Below the pieces are notes generated by a model. It saw only the letters and a list, made by a program, of their open reading frames with translations. It searched no databases and had not been told where the DNA came from. A DNA stretch of 64,000 nucleotides from Eukaryota sp. TZLM1-RC. Lineage: Eukaryota > Protista > Metamonada: BaSk clade. Shown one piece after another: positions 60,666 to 64,000 of the stretch; the first letter of the stretch is position 1, and each line of letters starts with the position of its first letter. The stretch is taken from NCBI GenBank assembly GCA_040285825.1, contig JAUPSS010000009.1, positions 806,001 through 870,000 on the forward strand, read 5' to 3'. The translations under genes and the position numbers were made by a program.

Positions 60666-63600
60666 TTATTTTTTCAAAAATTTGGACAGAGACTTACAGC
60701 AGGTGTTGAACTCAGAAGTATCCAAAATGAGCAAACAAACTTGCTGAATATTTACAAAATGCTGGTGAAAAATTTCAACTGCTGAGCTCAATTTTGATTG
60801 GTCTACACAGGTCAGCAAAATAGCCGAATAATTGGAAAATTCTTCCAAGGCTATTGTTACACATTCCTTGTCAATATTGGACGAGCAAATGCATAACAAT
60901 GGCTTAATCAGTAAAGGACAAACAAAAAGAAAGTCAGAATATGAAATAAAAGACGAATTGATTAAATTTTCCAACAAAACTGAATATCGACAGAGTAATA
61001 AAGATTTTTGACTAAAAAAGGATTTTAATAACAAATCTCGTGCAGTTTTTCGAAGAGAATAATCTTCAAAATTTGCACAAATATTTGCAAAAAGAGCGAC
61101 AATTTTTGCAACAACATCTTCTGAGCTGACTGAATACTGACTGAGAGTAACTAAACTGTCAGACGAGAAGAGCTCAGCAGGGATCAGTGACACGAGATTG
61201 ACAAGTGGTAAAACAAACTTTTCAGAATATTTGCTAGAAATAATTGCGGAAAGAAGGTCAAAAATAAGGGAAACTATGTGATTACTGAGCGTCTGGTTAC
61301 GTGATGATGACATGATTATTTGCTCTATGTTTGTACATAAAGTAGTGAAGAATCGTGGAAAATTACGTTCAAGTGCAATAAAGGCCAAAGACTTGAAATT
61401 CTCACAAACAATTGACAAATTGAGCTCATCTGTCGAAATTTTGGCAAATGCAGATCCAAAAGTATATGAAACATCATCCTGTAAACTCGAGGCTACGAAA
61501 TTTGATAAAATATGCCTCAAAAGAAGAGAAAAATTGTGAAAAATTAAAGATATTGAGGAACTATTATTACCAGAATTAGTCGAAAATTTGAGAAATTTCT
61601 GCTGACAATTTCCACTTGACACAGACTCTAAATATTTCAAAAAAATTGAATGAACAATTGGCCAAATTTTTTGAATCCTAGAATATTGGAGATTAAAGCA
61701 AATCTGGAACAGAAATCGAACTAAAAATTCAGGACAAACATCGTTTTCAATCAACAGCGAAAAGTTGTCCATTTTGTTGAAATTTTCGTAAAATTGATGA
61801 AATTTTTTGATTTCATTAATGTCTTCCAAATATTCAGACGAATATAGACACATGACGTTCGTGACATGAGCAATATTTAAAATTTTCAAAACATTGGACC
61901 AAGCATCAACAATTAAATTTGGATTTTCATTAATAATTTCAATAAATAAGGAAACTGTACTCAAAATGATTGATTGATCTCTACTTTTGACCTTTTCGAC
62001 AGTGACAGTTCTCATGACAACTTCATAAAGAATGCAAATAGCTTTATCAAAAGTGTCAAAATTTTTGAGAATTTTTACAAAATTTATCATTGTTGAATGA
62101 CAGTCACACTTGGAATTAGAAAAGATCATTAACAGATCAATGACAAGTGCTTCAAAATATTGAGAATCAATAGGATAGTGAGAAGAGCTCTCCAAAAAAG
62201 TGACCACTTGAGAATTAAAAATTTGACAAATTGCAATATTGCGGTGGAAAAGTGCTGACTTCAAGGTCAAAATATTTGAATTTTTGGGACTTTGACCAGT
62301 AACGACAGGAGGAATAGGATTCTCTAATATTTGATGATATAGAACTTCCATAAGGTCGAAATCAATCAAATCACAATCAACTTCCGACTTGATTGACTCT
62401 GTAAACGTCAACAAATCCATTTTGTTTTGAACTGACTTATTGTGTAAATCAGTATGCAATAAAAGAGATGCAAATGAAATATAATGAAGATCATTGAAAA
62501 TTTTCTTCAAAATTTTGCCCTTGTCACTCTCACTGACACTTTCATTGTCAGTGTTTGAATATTTCACCAATAATTGACCTCCAATAGTCAGCTTCGAGCT
62601 CAAAGAAGCGACTAGTTCAGCAAAATGCTCAAAAATTCGATCAATCATTTGAGCTTCCCCAGGCAGATTAGGGATCAAAAGAACAAAATTTGACAGTAAG
62701 AACCAAAATTCAGTTGTCGAATCTTTAATCTGAGCAAGAAAAATTTTGGAAAGATGTTTTGAATTGGGATCAGCAAAAATTTCACCAATATTTGTTAAAG
62801 GATGTGTGAGTGCTGACCAAGCAACCAAATTTTCAAAATGAAATTTAGATTTATAATGAGCTTGATTATTCCTTGATTCAAAATTTGACAGCATTTCAGT
62901 AAGCTTATTGGTATCTGAAATTGGGGAAATTTTCGAAAACAAATTGAAAATTTCAGTTTTGAAGGAATCGGTTTCAGTTTTGGAGAAATCAACATTGGTA
63001 TAATCAAGTTGATGGACAAAATTTTCTAAAATTTTAACAACAGTAGAATAATGATCTCTTTTAGTTGTCAGTTGAGGTGTCAGCAGCTCTGTTAAAATTT
63101 TCGAAAAACAAGACGGTAAGCATGGATGATATTCCAAGAAGCAAAGTTTTGGGAAAAAATTGGTTGTTTCAGACAAATACCCAAAAATTTCAAAAATTTC
63201 GCCCAACAGTACTTCCAAAATTTTCGACTTGGAGTTACTAATAATGTCGACCAATAAATTCAAAAAAGAGATCACTGACACGGGACAGAGATCAATAGCA
63301 CGAGGCAACAAAAATTTCAGTACGCAGAGACATCTGAGCGAAACAATTCTACATCCTATTAAATTTTCAAAATGGGAACTTCTGAAAATAAAAAAATCAG
63401 CTATATTTCCCAACAAAAAATTAGTACAATCACCATTAATACAACAATTTTCACCATTTGTCACTCCCAGCACCACCAAATTATACAAGACAGATCTTAT
63501 TTCAAGAGGAAATTCCGAAAATTTGGAAAAAGATTTTAAAACTAAATTGGGAGAGTTCTTGGTAATTTCTATTAAGGAATCTCTGGCACAAACACGTAGA

Positions 63601-64000
63601 GAATTATCAATACCAGTGTCAGAAAATGCAATGCTGAGGGTGTAGTCTAATGTAGATAGAGGAAGGGTGAAGTAGGAAGAGAGACGGGTGAGAGTAGTGA
63701 GGTAACGTACCATAATAGAAGGTTCAGTGTGGAGGTTAAGGTGTGAGGTGATTGTGGTGATGGAGGAGATAAGGGGAGCATGAAGGACAGGAGAAATAGC
63801 AAATGTAGGAAATGTTGAGAGAATACTGAGTTTGACAGGTGTGGATCCAGAAGAAAAGACTTGAGGACATGAGGAGAGAAACTCAGTGAAGTTTGAATCA
63901 GCAAGAGATGTGAAGAGAGATGATGCAAGTGTGGAGTAAGATGCTATGTCAGGGTCCAGTTTGAGGATGGTGGTGATAACATGAGCGTCAGTTTTAAAGA
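60666..64000 (-). CDS. Large Sec7-domain Arf GEF (BIG/GBF-like), 5' end unresolved or beyond the window
   Basis: LPGEAQMIDRIFEHFA glutamate finger and LLLHTDLHNKSVQNKM; upstream coding continues in another frame (63647-63928). Confidence 0.85.
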   Translation of the reverse strand, partial: FKTDAHVITTILKLDPDIASYSTLASSLFTSLADSNFTEFLSSCPQVFSSGSTPVKLSILSTFPTFAISPVLHAPLISSITTITSHLNLHTEPSIMVRYLTTLTRLSSYFTLPLSTLDYTLSIAFSDTGIDNSLRVCARDSLIEITKNSPNLVLKSFSKFSEFPLEIRSVLYNLVVLGVTNGENCCINGDCTNFLLGNIADFFIFRSSHFENLIGCRIVSLRCLCVLKFLLPRAIDLCPVSVISFLNLLVDIISNSKSKILEVLLGEIFEIFGYLSETTNFFPKLCFLEYHPCLPSCFSKILTELLTPQLTTKRDHYSTVVKILENFVHQLDYTNVDFSKTETDSFKTEIFNLFSKISPISDTNKLTEMLSNFESRNNQAHYKSKFHFENLVAWSALTHPLTNIGEIFADPNSKHLSKIFLAQIKDSTTEFWFLLSNFVLLIPNLPGEAQMIDRIFEHFAELVASLSSKLTIGGQLLVKYSNTDNESVSESDKGKILKKIFNDLHYISFASLLLHTDLHNKSVQNKMDLLTFTESIKSEVDCDLIDFDLMEVLYHQILENPIPPVVTGQSPKNSNILTLKSALFHRNIAICQIFNSQVVTFLESSSHYPIDSQYFEALVIDLLMIFSNSKCDCHSTMINFVKILKNFDTFDKAICILYEVVMRTVTVEKVKSRDQSIILSTVSLFIEIINENPNLIVDAWSNVLKILNIAHVTNVMCLYSSEYLEDINEIKKFHQFYENFNKMDNFSLLIENDVCPEFLVRFLFQICFNLQYSRIQKIWPIVHSIFLKYLESVSSGNCQQKFLKFSTNSGNNSSSISLIFHNFSLLLRHILSNFVASSLQDDVSYTFGSAFAKISTDELNLSIVCENFKSLAFIALERNFPRFFTTLCTNIEQIIMSSSRNQTLSNHIVSLIFDLLSAIISSKYSEKFVLPLVNLVSLIPAELFSSDSLVTLSQYSVSSEDVVAKIVALFANICANFEDYSLRKTARDLLLKSFFSQKSLLLCRYSVLLENLINSSFISYSDFLFVCPLLIKPLLCICSSNIDKECVTIALEEFSNYSAILLTCVDQSKLSSAVEIFHQHFVNIQQVCLLILDTSEFNTCCKSLSKFLKK

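Overview
AT-rich eukaryotic genomic DNA, probably from a protist. It uses the standard code and has tiny GT(A/T)TG...YAG spliceosomal introns of 28-35 nt; resemblance to free-living anaerobic metamonads is inference only. The window is heavily loaded with transposons. Mobile content: many decayed restriction-like-endonuclease (CRE/R2-type) non-LTR retrotransposons, one with a 9-bp TSD and an empty paralogous site; a complete hAT element with an 8-bp TSD; a hAT-type MITE; Ty3/gypsy remnants; and a disrupted Fanzor1 (eukaryotic TnpB) gene followed by a strongly structured GNRA-tetraloop RNA that is a candidate omegaRNA. A roughly 5.4-kb segment (1-5398) is duplicated in inverted orientation at 14850-22284. 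It carries a ubiquitin(K48R/K63N)-ADP-ribosyltransferase fusion and a 3-repeat ependymin-like gene. Host genes include a CBM20-BTB-GT4 glycosyltransferase fusion with a 9-nt microexon, CLF1/crooked-neck, a Bet1-like SNARE missed by the ORF track, a PIN/AEC-type transporter, a RhoGAP-IQ-FAM13-like protein, a G/P/Q repeat protein, a Sec7 ArfGEF, a secreted 5x GATase-like repeat protein, a BTB pseudogene and a Crinkler-like NTPase-REase pseudogene. All family assignments come from motifs recognised by eye; no database searches were run.
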